From positions 62,001 through 126,000 of the forward strand of contig JANJGN010000210.1 of the NCBI GenBank assembly GCA_026770705.1: 64,000 nt of DNA. The letters are read 5' to 3'. This document shows, piece after piece, positions 38,560 to 51,039 of this stretch. How positions within the stretch are numbered: the first letter of the stretch is position 1; every line of letters starts with the position of its first letter. This DNA comes from Isurus oxyrinchus (lineage: Eukaryota). The notes beneath the pieces were generated by a model that worked only from the letters and a program-made list of their open reading frames with translations, did no database searches and was not told the DNA's origin. The position numbers and the translations under genes were made by a program.

Positions 38560-40210
38560 CACAGAATCACACAGTGCAGAAGAGGAACTTCAGCCCATCG
38601 AGTCTATACCGACACATGAGAAACACCGTACCTACCTACCTAATCCCATTTATCAGCACTTGGCCCATAGCCTTGAATGTTATGAAGAGCCAAGTACCCA
38701 TCCAGGTACTTTTTAAAGGATGTGAGGGAACCCGCCTCCACCATCCTCCCAGGCAGTGCATTCCAGACCTTCACCACCCTCTGGGTAAAAAAGCTTTTCC
38801 TCACATCCCCCCTAAAACTCCTGACCCTCACCTTGAACTTATGCCCCTTGTCACTGACATTTCAACTGAGGGGAACAGCTGCTCCCTATCCACCCTGTCC
38901 ATGCCCCTCATAATCTTGTACACCTCGATCAGGTCACTCCACAGTCTTCTCTGCTCCAATGAAAACAACCCAAGTCTATGCAACCTCTCTTCATAACTTA
39001 AATGTTTCATCCCAGGCAACATCCTGGTGAATCTCGTCTGCACCCCCTCCAGTGCAATCACATCCTTCCTGTAATGTGGCGACCAGAACTGCACACAGTA
39101 CTCCAGCTGTGGCCTCACAAAGGTTCTATACAATTCCAACATGACCTCCCTACTTTTGTAATCTGTGCCTCGATTGATAAAAGCAAGTGTCCCATATGCC
39201 TTTTTCGCTATCCCACTAACGTGCCCTTTCGCCTTCAGAGATCTATGGACACCCACGCCAAGGTTCCTTTGTTCCTCAGAACTTCCTAGTGTCATGCCGT
39301 TCATTGAATACTTCTTTGTCAAATTACTCATTGCAAAATGTATCCCCTCACGCTTTTCAGGGTTAAATTCCATGTGCCACTTATTTGTCCATTTGACCAT
39401 CCCATCTATATCTTCTGGTAGCTCAAGACATTCAACCTCACTGTTAACCATCCAGCCAATGTTTGTGCCATCTGCAAACTTACTAATCCTACCACCCCCC
39501 CCCCCCCCCGCCCCGCCCCGCCAACATATCATTTATGTCATTTATATAAATGATAAATAATAGGGGACTGAGCACAGATCCCTGTGGCATGCCACTGGAC
39601 ATTGGCTTCCAGTCACAAAAGCATCCTTCTGTCATCGCCCTCTGCCTCCTACAACTAAGCCAATTTTGAATCCACATTATCAAATTACCCTGTATCCCAT
39701 GTGCATTTGCCTTTTTTCTAAGTCTCCCATGTGGGGCCTTGTCAAAGGCTTTGCTGAAATCCATATAAACTACATCAACTGCACTCCCCTCATCTGCACA
39801 CCTGGTCACCTCCTCTAAAAATTCAAATTTGTTAGGCATGATCTCCCTCTGACAAAGCCATGCTGACTATCCCTGATCAAACCAAGTGGAGATAGATACT
39901 CTCCTTCAGAATTTTCTCCAATAGTTTCTTTAGCACTGACGTGAGACTCACGGGCCTGTAGCTACCTTGCTTAATCTCTACAACCCTTCTTAAATAGCGG
40001 AACCATATTAGCTGTTCTCCAGTCCTCTGGCACCTCCCCCGTGGCCAGGGAGGAATTAAAAATTTGGGCGAGAGCCCATGTGATCTCCTCCCTTGCCTCC
40101 CTCAGCAGTCTGGGACACAAATCACCCGGACCTGGAGATATGTCCACTTTTAAGCCTGCCAGTACCTCCAATACCTTGTTACTCCCTATATCAATTTGCT
40201 TAAGTTAGAA
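38560..40210 (-). mobile_element. CR1-clade LINE, 3' about 1.6 kb (RT), frameshifted
   Basis: VDVVYMDFSKAFDK, GMPQGSVLSPLLFIIYIND, SKFADGT, RPQLEYCVQFWSP. Confidence 0.93.
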
Positions 40211-40779
40211 AATTAATTATCTATGAAATTGACTAAAGAATCTTTCAAATGACCCCATGTGTTTTTCATTTTCATTCATCCGTAGGCATTCGCCAAACTT
40301 GCAGTTGCAAATGGAACAAAAATGGAGCCAATTTGGCGACATCCTTGATTTTTAAATGTTTGTCTCTCCTTCGGCCTCTGTCACTATTGGTGTTTATGTC
40401 TGTGTGTGTTCCTCGCCATGTGTCAGTGTGGTTCAGTTCCCTGAGCGGGTAAACACATTTTTACCATCGCAAACTTTATTCACTTTCGTTATGTATCTTC
40501 ATGGTAAATGGTACAGAGAAAAACAGTCGGCTTAAAAGTTGCACAACGGGATTGACCTTTTTGTACATATTAGACCCATTGGCAAAGCCCAGTGGTTAAA
40601 ATACTGATCTCGGAAACCAGGTGCTGTGAGTTTGGTCATGGCTGGTGCCTGTAGTTAAAGTTTAGCTGATGAAAGTGGTGAAAATGTAAGTTATGGGGAA
40701 GATACAGGGGAGTATGTAGGCTGAAAAGAGATTTAGGACAGATCAGGGCAACAAGGATGGAACATGGAGTATAGGTTCG

Positions 40780-41850
40780 GGATGTGCGAAGCGCTTCAGA
40801 AGGTCTGAAAGAAATTTTTTAACTATTAGGTACAGCAAGTAATTAGGAAAGCTAATAGAATGTTATAATTTAATGTGAGGGGAATTGAGGTAAGAAGATT
40901 ATGCTGCAGCTGTACAGGATTCTGGTAAGACCATTTCTGGAGTATTGTGTAAATTATTGGCCTCCTTATTTAAGGAAAGGTGTAAATGCGTTAGAAGTAG
41001 TTCAGAGAAGGTTTAGTGGACTAATACCAAGAATGGTCAGGTTGTCTTATGAGGAAAGGCTGGACAGGCTAGGCTTGTATCCGCTGGAATTTAGAAGGCT
41101 AAGAGGCAAAACCTGCCCTTTTACCTCCTCCCTTCTCACCTTCCAAGGCCCCAAACACTCCTTCCAGGTGAAGCAGAGATTTATTTACACCTCTTGCAAT
41201 TCAGGCTGTTGTATTCACCGCTCACAATGTGGTTTCCTCCACACTGGGGAGACTAAACACAGACCGACTGCCCGTTTTGTCAAACTTGTCGATAAGCATG
41301 ACTCAGGCCTGCCTGTCGCTTGCCATTTCAATTCACCATTTTGCTCTCATGTTCACATTTCTGTCCTGGGCCTTCTACAATGTTCCAGTGAAGCTCAACG
41401 CAAACTGGAGGAACAGCACCTCATCTTCTCATAAGGCATTCTACAGCCTTCTGGACTCAACATTGAGGTCAACAAGTTCACATTATGAACTCTGTCCTCC
41501 ATTTTAATTTCCCTGCAGCCCCCAACCCCCCAAGTGCCAGTCTACATCTTGTTCTCATGTTTTGATTTCAGACAGCGCTGACCCTTTTTCTGCTATTAAC
41601 ACATCCTACTATTTTGCTTCCAGTCAGTGCTGACCTTTGTTTAGATATTAACACATGCTTTAGTCTTTGATGATATCATAAACATTTCCCTTGACTTGTG
41701 TTCCATGACATCTTTGTCATTGAATCCCTCCTGACCTCCAACCTATCCCTGACCTTCTATTTTGCTCCATCTGCTCCACCCACCCTCGGCAGTAGCATAA
41801 AACCCATCACATTTCTACTTCCCTTCAATTCTGAAGAAGTCATATTGTCT
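40780..41850 (+). mobile_element. CR1 3' fragment fused to a Penelope GIY-YIG/3' fragment
   Basis: ORF 40901-41434 switches from CR1 (RPFLEYCV..LYPLEFRRLRG) to Penelope (TCPFTSSLLTFQGPK..HTGETK..LEEQHLIF). Confidence 0.85.
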
Positions 41851-42484
41851 GGAAACAGAGTTAAAGCTCCACGTGGGCATTAAATAGAACTGGAAATGTC
41901 CGAGTTGGAGATTAAGAATTAAAAAATATGACATGAAAGTGGAAGAATCTTACGTTGCTCAATTATTTTCCATCATGAATATCTGCCGTGTCCTGCCTTA
42001 AAAGGTTTGCAGGAACCGCAGTGATTTGATTGGTGGGTTTTGGAAATTGAATTTTGCATTTCACAGCTTTTGGTACTATTTCACCAACCTGTCAATTTCA
42101 TGTTCTAGCCAATGGCGATGGTTGTCTTAATTGGTTGAATAGGTCATTTTTCCTCTGGAGAAAGTGGTTTAAAATGAAAAAAAAAAAGGCAAAGGTATTG
42201 TTTATCAAACTGCAGGGGTAACCCCCCTGCTGGCCTCATGGCTAGGGTTCGGAACTTCTACTGCCACGGCTCGCGTTCAATTTCTGGTTGATTAAAGCAC
42301 AGTGATAACGCCCCTGGTGTCCGAGTGGACAGGATTCAGCACATTGACCGCTGCGGCCTTGTGTGGGAATGAGGGTTCTTTGCTCATGTCCACACTGCTT
42401 AAACAGAGAGTTTATATTATTGGTTAAAAACTGAACACGCAGTGGCGAATCAGTGGAGTGAGAGTTGAAGCTTCACATCAGAGC

Positions 42485-42676
42485 TGGTATCAGAGGGAAT
42501 GGAGCAGGGAGAGAAGATCCCCAGGGTGCTCTTCAGTGAGTTCAGGAGGATGGTATCAGAGGGAATGGAGCAGGGAGAGAAGATCCCTGGAGTGATGTTC
42601 AGTGAGTTCAGGAGGATGATATCAGAGAGAAGGGAGAAGCGAGAGAGGATCCCTGTGGTGATGTTGAGTGAGATCA
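42485..42676. repeat. 66-bp tandem repeat, about 3 copies
   Basis: TGGTATCAGAGGGAATGGAGCAGGGAGAGAAGATCCC unit at 42485, 42551 and diverged at 42617. Confidence 0.9.
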
Positions 42677-43640
42677 GTTGTTTGTTGCGTCAGGCAGGCC
42701 GCACGTTCTGAGAATTTCCACGATTTGTACTCACTGGTGATCCTGATAAACCCCAAACTGTGGTAATAATTTGCAGGATTACTCCTTGATAACGTGTCTT
42801 TGTCAGATCGGCCCCAGCTTCTGGGAGTCAGTCTTGGGTTTGTGTCAGCTGTTCCTTCTGTCTTAAATGTGTACTTTTTGTTATTCATTTATGCGATGTG
42901 GGCGTGGCTGTCTAGGCCAGCATTTATTACACATCCCTAATTGCCTTGAGAAGATGGACTGTGACGTCTCTGCCTTGAGAGTGTTTAATTGGACAAGGTA
43001 GAGAGAGTCCAGGCGAATGCTCTGGCGGTACGGGTTCATATCCCAACATGGCAGCTGCTGGGATTTGAATTCAGTTCATAAAATCTGGGATTGAAAACTG
43101 ACCTCGGTATTGGTGACCATGGCAACTATCACCGATTGTCGTAAAAACCCACCTGCTGCACTAATATACTTTAGTGAAGGAAATCTGCCATCTTTATCCG
43201 GCCTGGCCGATATGAGATTCCAGGTCCACAGCAATGTGACTTAACTGCCCTCTGAATTGGCCTCGGAAGCCGGGCTGTTCGGGGCGGCCTTGCCAGCGAC
43301 ACCCACATCTCATGAAAGGATAAAGAGGAAAAAAACTTTTACTCCCTACCTTACCCCTGCTAAACGGACCCTGGGAATGTTTAACGGGACAGTGTAAAGG
43401 AAACTTTAGTCCTCCATATGCTGTCCTGTAGGGGCACCTGATGGAGCAGACCCCTGCTGTTCACTATTACCTGACATGTGACTGTGACAGGCCTGAGTAT
43501 GAGTGAAATCACCGAGGCTCTCCTCGCTCTGCTATCATTCTGCCTCTGGGGTTTGGCATAAAAAGGCAGCGGTAAAGATGTATTAACACCGACGGGTCGC
43601 TGGGTGGCGCGATGACTCTTTCACTGAAGGACCTTGGGCT

Positions 43641-43671
43641 CTGAAGAAGAGTCATGAGGACTCGAAACGTT
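43641..43671 (+). ncRNA. Hammerhead core in a solo Penelope 3' remnant
   Basis: CTGAAGA-A-GAGTC atgag GACTC-GAAA-C-GTT: canonical CUGANGA/GAAA core, but stem I partner not evident. Confidence 0.5.
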
Positions 43672-44330
43672 CTGTTTTTTTGGCTCCAGAGATGCTGTGA
43701 GACCTGCTGAGTTTTTCCAGCATTTTCTGTTTTTGTTTCACATCCCAGACAAGACTGGTTAAAAATGCCTGCCTGGGAACGGGGGGAAAACAGTGTAATA
43801 GGGAAAATGGAGCGGTGTCGATGGGCCTGAGAGAAAGGAGTTCGGCAAAGTCAGTTCGTTTCACATTCATGATTTATTAACAATTTCAGGGAACATTTTA
43901 CAGAAAAGTTTATTTTAAAGTTAACTGAAGTGAATATAATGACTGAGAGTCACATTGAGAACAGAGCATATTCGCTCTGAGCTGCCAACTGTGTGTACAA
44001 CTGTAACAGAGACCTGAAAGAGAAAACAGGAACTCAACGTAAAGGGATGGGATTAATTGTGAATGAGGGATTAGAAACGTTACTTATTTACACAGGGAAT
44101 TCAAACTACTGGGAAATTATAAGCTGCTACTGCAATGCAATCATAATTATCTCGCACATTTGAAACAGAGAAACGGAAATACCGTCCATGATTGTCTCAG
44201 TTACAAATTCGGAAACATGAACTGAAGGTATTTCATTTTTACAGTCACCGAGAGAACATATTTTAAATTCGGAATACAGAAATCTCAATAAACAGCTGAG
44301 GAAAATCTACGGTGTCCAAAATTCAACCGG

Positions 44331-44339
44331 TCACTTGAT
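44331..44339 (-). CDS. IGHM: IgM TM2 exon (IK-stop)
   Basis: Acceptor TTCTTTTACAG then ATC AAG TGA, giving the short KIK cytoplasmic tail. Confidence 0.85.
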   Translation of the reverse strand: MK

Positions 44340-44478
44340 CTGTAAAAGAAGATGAAATAATGAAGCAGGTTGTTTTGATCTAGGACATTTATGTTAGAGT
44401 TTTAATCAATGAAACATTGAGAGATTTTTTCAAACCGCTTCTGTCAGTTTGAAGTGTGAGTGGATTGAATCTTCTCAC

Positions 44479-44606
44479 CTTCACCAGAGTGACGGCAGTG
44501 CTGTAGAAAATGCTCAGGAAGAACAGGATGATGAATGTGGAAGCGGTTGTCCAGATGTTGCCGTTATCATCCTCAGAGTCTTCAGTCCAGATACGGTCTG
44601 TGGAAT
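44479..44606 (-). CDS. IGHM: IgM TM1 exon
   Basis: (D)STDRIWTEDSEDDNGNIWTTASTFIILFFLSIFYSTAVTLVK with CART motif residues (T..F..LF.LS..YS..VT); AG/GT boundaries in correct phase. Confidence 0.95.
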
Positions 44607-45159
44607 CTACGGGGATATAACCGAGGAGATATAACTAGATTGATTATTAATCTAGGATATCATTTTTAAACATTTCCTTTACTCTTTCCTAAGTTATTAA
44701 TGTATTCCATGTTCAATGTATATCTCCTATTAAGTTCGTGACACTCAGTAACCCATCTCTGTAACTATCTCCACAGCCGTTCTCCCTTTACAATCTTTGT
44801 ACAGCCCGTGTCGGAAAATATGGCAACTTTTCTCCAGTATCAGTTTATTTTCGAACAATTTCGTATGATCTATTATTGGAGAATATTATGATGGGTATCA
44901 GGAGAGATTCACTGAGCTACTTATTTGGAAACTGTGAACGTTGCTTTTTAAAAGCTCGGATGTGAGTTCCCATCTTGTTTATCTATTTGTGATGGGAATA
45001 TTTGGTGCATCATTAACTTAAATCAGTTTCTCAGTAAGAGCATTTTTTCAGTGTGTTTATCGGGTTATTATGTAAAAGAGACAATTGCCGGAGGATATGC
45101 CATTAAAAAAGTCCATTTGAATTATACTTTCTTCAATAGTCTGGCGTTTGCGTTGTGCT

Positions 45160-46250
45160 TTAGCTTTTGTATGTGTGTGCATCAGTATCTCGCGCTTTGC
45201 ATTACTGTTTGTTTGTGTGTCCATAGGTGTGCATGTGTGTTAATGTGTGTGTTCATGTGCCAATGAGTGCTGATTTGTGTATTTTTGTGTCTGCATCTTT
45301 ACGTATATTTTGTTTTTCTGCTAATGTGGGTGTATGCGTGTGTTATTGTGTGTGTTTATGTCTTGATTTCCAAATTTACTTATTACTATCTGTGTAAATG
45401 TGTATTTACCTGTTTAATGTGTGCCTGCTAATATGAGTGTTAATGTTTCTTTTTGTGTTCCACGTGTATGTCAGCATATTAATGTCTGGGTCACAGCGTC
45501 TGTGTGTGTGTGTGTGTATGCGCGTGTGTGTGTGACACAGTGAGAGAGAGAGTTTTTAATATGTGCATTTGTGTGTTGATCGATATTTAGAACTATGTAT
45601 CAATGTGTTTTTATGTTTTCATATGTACTAACGTGTGTTTTTGTTTTCTAGTGTGTATGAGTATATTCATATTTGTGTCTACATGTGTGTTTGTGAATGT
45701 GTTAGTCTGTTCTTCTGTGTTTTTGTGTCTGGGTGTCATCTGCTCATATGTGTGCATGTGTTAATGTGTGTCCATGCATTTGTTTTAATTTGAACGATAG
45801 TGTGTGTCTTTATGTCTGGATTTATGTCATTGTGAACGTGTAATACTGCATATGCTAAAACTTACATTTGTTCTTTGTGTCCTTGTATGAGTCTGCCTGT
45901 GTGGTTTTATCTGTTTGTGTGTGTGTGATTGTGTATATGTGTGTGAGTGAGTGTGTCTGTGTGTGTATTTCTGCATGTGTGTGATTGTGTGTACGTGTGT
46001 CTGTGTATGTTTGTGTGTCTGCACCCATGTGTTTGTGATTGTGCGCATATGTGTGCGCGTGTGTATGCACGTGTGTCTGTATTTGTCTATGAGTGTCTGC
46101 CTGTGTCTGCCTGTGTTTGTGTGGCTGCGCATGTGTGGGTGTAAATGTGTCTGCCTGTACCTGTGTGTGTTTGTCTGTGTGTCTGTGCCTATGTGTGTGT
46201 GTACGCATGTTTGTGTCTGTCCATTTTTGTCAGCTGTGTGTGTTTTTACT
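45160..46250. repeat. Degenerate (TG)n simple repeat in Cmu4-TM1 intron
   Basis: Long TG/CA-dominated tract. Confidence 0.9.
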
Positions 46251-46719
46251 ATTTTCCCGAATTTTACCAGTACCAATGATCGAGTCTGACCTTGATGTTG
46301 AAAATTTTGGTGAATATTTTCAATGTTCTGTGCATAAACATGTTTTCTGTGAGATGCAAGGTGATATCAGGTGAACGAATGCAAACAATCAATCATGTGC
46401 CTCATAAGATTCAGGGACAGAACCTTGAACAACCCAGGGAGGATTCAATCACCAGTATAGATTCGGATTATGGGAAATTAATCTTAGCATAAGCTTAACA
46501 GGAACAAGAGTATTAAAACATCTTCAAATTATGTTGCATAAATATATGTTTTGCAACATCCTAAGCATGATGAGAGTTTAAAATCTGTGGCCAGTAAGCT
46601 GGAAGCCAACGTGGACTGTTGGTAACTGAGTCCTGACAGTAGAGACCGTTTCCTTCCAGATTCTCTGCTCGGTGAGTGAGGGTCCAGTGAGCTAATAGTT
46701 TTGTTCTGTCTGGTTGCCT

Positions 46720-47200
46720 AAACAATTTGCCTTTCAGTTCTCTCTGCTGAGAAGGTGGAGACACATCGGGTTAACCAATGACCTTCCTCTTCTTTTTGTT
46801 TAGCAAGTGGAGGTAAGACTGGCTTAAAATTTTCCTTTCAGTTTTCTCTGTTGGGGAAGTGGAGGTACAGCGGATTATCAATTTCCCTTCCCCTCTCTCC
46901 GTTGGGAAAGTGGGATACAGTGGCTAAACAATTTCCCCCCCCCCCCACCCCCCCCCCCCCCCACCACCCACTGTTGTGGAAGTGGAGGTGAAGTTAGTTA
47001 ACAATGTCCCCTTCCCCTCTCTCTGTTGGGGAAGTGGGGGTAAAGTAGGTTAACAATTTCCCTTCCCCTCCCTCTGTTGGGGAAGTCGGGGTACAGCGGG
47101 TTAACAACTTCCCTCCCCCATCTCTCTGTTGGGCAAGAGCGAGTACAGTGTATTAACAATTACCCTCCCCCCTCCCTGATGGGGGATTGTTGGGACATGT
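46720..47200. repeat. About 55-bp tandem repeat (around 8 copies) carrying GGGGAAGTGG
   Basis: Unit GGTTAACAATTTCCCTTCCCCTCTCTCTGTTGGGGAAGTGGAGGTACAG repeated with variation. Confidence 0.85.
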
Positions 47201-47625
47201 TTCTGTGTGACTCCACTTCAGTTCCCAGTGGGTGTGGTGCAGCAGTTTAAAGCTGACGTCCATTTTAAAGGGATGGACAATAAGAGAAGCAGGAACACCG
47301 AGATCTAAATGCGCTGTGTTTGTTTGTCTGAAATGGGAATTGTCAGATTTCTCCTCAGTGGGAGGAGAGCTGGTGAAGTTATTTTACAGAATCCCTTAAT
47401 GAATGAGCTTTACTCTGTCTCTAACCCTGGGTGTATCTGAGCTGCGAGCACTGGGTGTACAAGACTTGGGTATGAGCCCTGTAAATATTCGATTTTAACT
47501 AAACAGGTCTAACATCAGCAAAAGTGGAAAACAACATTGATTATACAATTGTGTATTTAAATCACGATTGGAGAAAAGGACTTTATTATTTGTTTATTGA
47601 GGTTTGAAATTTAACCGAGAAATTC

Positions 47626-48017
47626 TCATTGACATGAATTAACGGTGTCCATCAGTGCAAGGGAAATGTTCACAAAACTCGGTTTACCGCTGGATTTATC
47701 AACAGTTCTGTTGATGATCTTCAAGGGGATTGCTTCATGTCCCACCACACAGGAGTAAGGAGCTCCGCTGGCCCACTCCTCTGCTGCAATGGATAACAGG
47801 CTGTACATGAAGAAGGAGCGATTGCCGTTCTCCGCCACTACCTCGGTGTTCTTGTAGTTTCCGGGATCCACCGGCTTGTCATTGACGGTCCACTTGACGA
47901 AAATCTCTCGTGGGGAGAAACCTCTCACTAAGCAGCTGAGGGAGACGAACCTCTGAGCGGAGACATCTTCTGCCGAGGGCAGGAGGACAGACACGGACGG
48001 TTCCCGCGGGTCTTTAA
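47626..48017 (-). CDS. IGHM: IgM Cmu4 plus secretory tailpiece
   Basis: [62 protein letters not shown]; internal donor G|GTAAAC (exon end 47688) for the membrane form; AATAAA at 47593-47598. Confidence 0.97.
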
Positions 48018-48731
48018 CTGCAGAAAATGTACAATAAATGTCAACAAACTGGATACTTTCGTAGATAATGAAACTGCTGGTTAGATGTGAGAGAAACGTG
48101 TTTTGTGATGAATATTAAGGTTTTTCATTATCCACTTCTTGGAAATATATCACCGATCCTTCACTATAACTGAATCAAAATCCTGGGACTCCCTTCCTAA
48201 CAGCACTGTGGGTGTATCTACACCACATGGACTGCAGCGGTTCAAGAAGGCAGCTCACCACCACCTTGTCAAGGGCAATTAGGGATGGGCAATAACTCTG
48301 GCCCAGCCAGCGACGCCCACATCCCATGAATTAATAAATAAAATACTTTGGGATCTGTCCGGCTTTCCAGCTCGGAGCAGAGGTGGCACAATCCTTTTCA
48401 TGGAGAACTTATGGGGTTGGACGAGAAAGTTTCTCAAAGTTTACAGCACAGAAACAGGCCATTCTGCCCAACTGGTCTATGTTGGTGTTACAGCTTCGCA
48501 CCAGGATCCTCCCATCTTGCTTCATCTAAACCCAATGGCACAACCTTCAATTCATCGTTCATTCATCTACTTATCAATTTCCCCTTGAAAGTCCACATGC
48601 CCAGGGCGTTTAGTTGGCGAAATTGCTCATCAGAGTAGACCATGAGTACACTGAATAGTAAATATTGATCCTTACACTTACACTGGAAATAGATTCATTG
48701 AACCACTTATTGCTTCAATCTCACCGCTCAC

Positions 48732-49043
48732 CTTGTTCCTTGTGGATGGAACTCCTTAAAGGAGTTGGCAGATCCTGATGGCTCACCACGCAGTAGAACT
48801 CAGCCCCACTCAGCCAGGCTTGTGTCGAGATGTTTACGTTGCTGACCACGCTGTCGGGATCTTCTCCCGGTTGGATGGCGATCTCTGATTTCAAAGGCTT
48901 CTTCTCTTGTGTCCAGGACACGAGGACTCCATAAGGAGCATTAGAAATGATGCAGGTTAAGGTCACGGTCGCCTCCAGTAAGACCTGTTCAATTGGCGGT
49001 GGCAATAGAGTAATTGTGGGATCGTTGTGGCAGTGGTGATCAC
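48732..49043 (-). CDS. IGHM: IgM Cmu3
   Basis: [48 protein letters not shown]; CAG/GTGAG boundaries. Confidence 0.96.
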
Positions 49044-49664
49044 CTGTGAGACAGAAATTAATATCAACCAAAGTTTCACCTTCAGAATGAGGACAGCAGT
49101 GTTCAGTCTTCATTCTCTAAAGGAGAATAAATCACCTTGGACATATCAACCTCTAACTATCGTCTTAAATCTTCTTTATACAATGGAAAACCAGTTTGGT
49201 CTGTTTAAATCGTTCTCATAATTTAAGACGTTTAGCCCCGGTAACATTCTGATGAATCTGCATTGCCCCAGTCCCAATACAAATATATTATTGCTGGGCC
49301 CTGGAACGCAGTACTGAAAGCTGTTTTATAAATAGGGTGGATGCACTTTCCAACACTCTATCTTGAAGCTGTTACCAGTGAAGGGTTCCAGACACCTGCC
49401 TCTCCAAATATGATCAGCTGACTCAGGGTAAAGCTGATGTCAAGTCCACCTCACTCACTCTGTGACGTCAATGCAGAGACGTGATGTGATAAAATCCTGA
49501 ATGGTGAACAAACCGAATGCAGCCATTACATCGGAATTAAATACCGACTACATGATAGTAAATTGGAAGTTGTTCCGTGCTTTCTACTAACACCAATAAA
49601 TTCCTCATTTGATTAACATCAGAGAGCAGAATGATCTATTGCTTCCTCGGTTTGTATTTCTTAC

Positions 49665-49979
49665 CCTCACACTTGGTGGCGTTTCGACTTTGGGTGACCC
49701 CTTGGTGAGTGACCTGACAGGTATAGACCGCGTCGGTGAACCATTCCCCAGCGGAGACTTTCAGCCGACTGGTCGCCGAGAAGTTCCCCTTCACTTCAAA
49801 GGCGGGAGAGGTGACAATTCCTGAATCCATGGATTGTCCATTCTTCAGCCACTTCACGGTGATTGGCTTCGGACGGAAATCGATGATTGAACAGACGGCG
49901 ATTGCAAATTTGTTGGTTGTGATTTCTTCCCGGGAACTCACGGTGAGGAGAACAGTTGGAGAGAAGATGTCAGGAGGAC
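49665..49979 (-). CDS. IGHM: IgM Cmu2
   Basis: [43 protein letters not shown]; AG/GTAAG boundaries. Confidence 0.96.
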
Positions 49980-50191
49980 CTTCAAAAAATACAGGTTAAA
50001 CATTTCTTGCAGAATAAATTGATAAAAGATACAATTAATTCCTACATTTTTATAGGTTCTTTTCCGTTAATAGACACTAACCGAGAATTTGCAGGGAGCA
50101 AATCTATGCGAAGCACTATAAATGTATTATAACCAAGGCCCTATACAGGTCATTCCCAGCCTCTGTTTCTCACAGGTTCCCCAACACTTAC

Positions 50192-50491
50192 AATGCATTT
50201 CAATGCTCTTGTCTGAGCCGCTGTGTCGAACCTCACACTTGATTTTGCTGCATTCCCCCTCTGACTCGGTGATGGTTAACTGGCTGCTCAGGGTGTAGGT
50301 TCCCTTCTGGTTTCTCACTGACGGGTAAGTCTTAAATCCAGTGGGGATCTGCTGCCCATCTTTCTTCCAGGTCAAGCTGGTGATTTCTGGGGAGTAATCC
50401 ATCGCCAAACAGCCGTAGGTGACGGAGCCATCGGTGTTGTGTTGCTGACAGGAGGAGACCAGGCTGTAGAGAGTGGGCGAAGACGGTGTCA
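50192..50491 (-). CDS. IGHM: IgM Cmu1
   Basis: [45 protein letters not shown]; CAG/GTAAGT boundaries. Confidence 0.96.
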
Positions 50492-51039
50492 CTGGGAAAG
50501 AATGGCCGATTGAACAAGTTAGACTCTGTGATTTGTGATCATTAAGTAACCATACAACTCAAAAATTGACAACAACTATAAATATATCCTAATATATTCC
50601 AACTAAAACCCACATCCACATTTGATCATTTATTATTTCCATCATTTGGTGACCCTCACTTGTCGGTTCCCTCTTTAGAAACCCACACTTGTTTTCCTGC
50701 CTCTATCCCATTACTAAAAGAGAACATTTTGTGTCATCTGAATGACGTACCTTTCATTGGATTAAAACGGAAGAGCAGAGCATCTTCCCCATTATTTCGC
50801 CACCATTTATTTCTCAATCAACAGCACTTAGTGAGAGAGAAATTCTCTCGTCATTCAGATCATTGCAGTTTGGAAATTGGCTCTGTTCAAATTGACTGAT
50901 GCCCCCTCCCCTCGCCACGTCCTCCCAAAACAAAGAATATCAACGGCCCTTCGAAAGTACCTTTGTAATGGTAACTATATAATGACCATAGAACTCTAAA
51001 CTGAATACCAGTTACAGTAAGTACGACAGTTTCCAATTG

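Larger units (their letters stand above)
34728..42372. pseudogene. Dispersed cluster of decayed tRNA genes (Gly, Lys, Gly, Asn, Val, Glu, Asp, Leu, Asp, Thr, Glu, Glu relics)
   Basis: Visual similarity to vertebrate tRNAs, clearest: Val-AAC 36665-36737(-), Leu 38163-38245(+), Glu 37565-37612, 42223-42296, 42311-42372(+), Lys 34912-34975(-), Asn 35908-35963(-). None looks intact. Confidence 0.7.

Noticed and set aside
49020-49680. Extra cysteines at the Cmu2/Cmu3 junction (KCE-GDHHC)
   Set aside because: Inter-chain Cys at this junction is expected for shark mu chains; no evidence of novelty from sequence alone.
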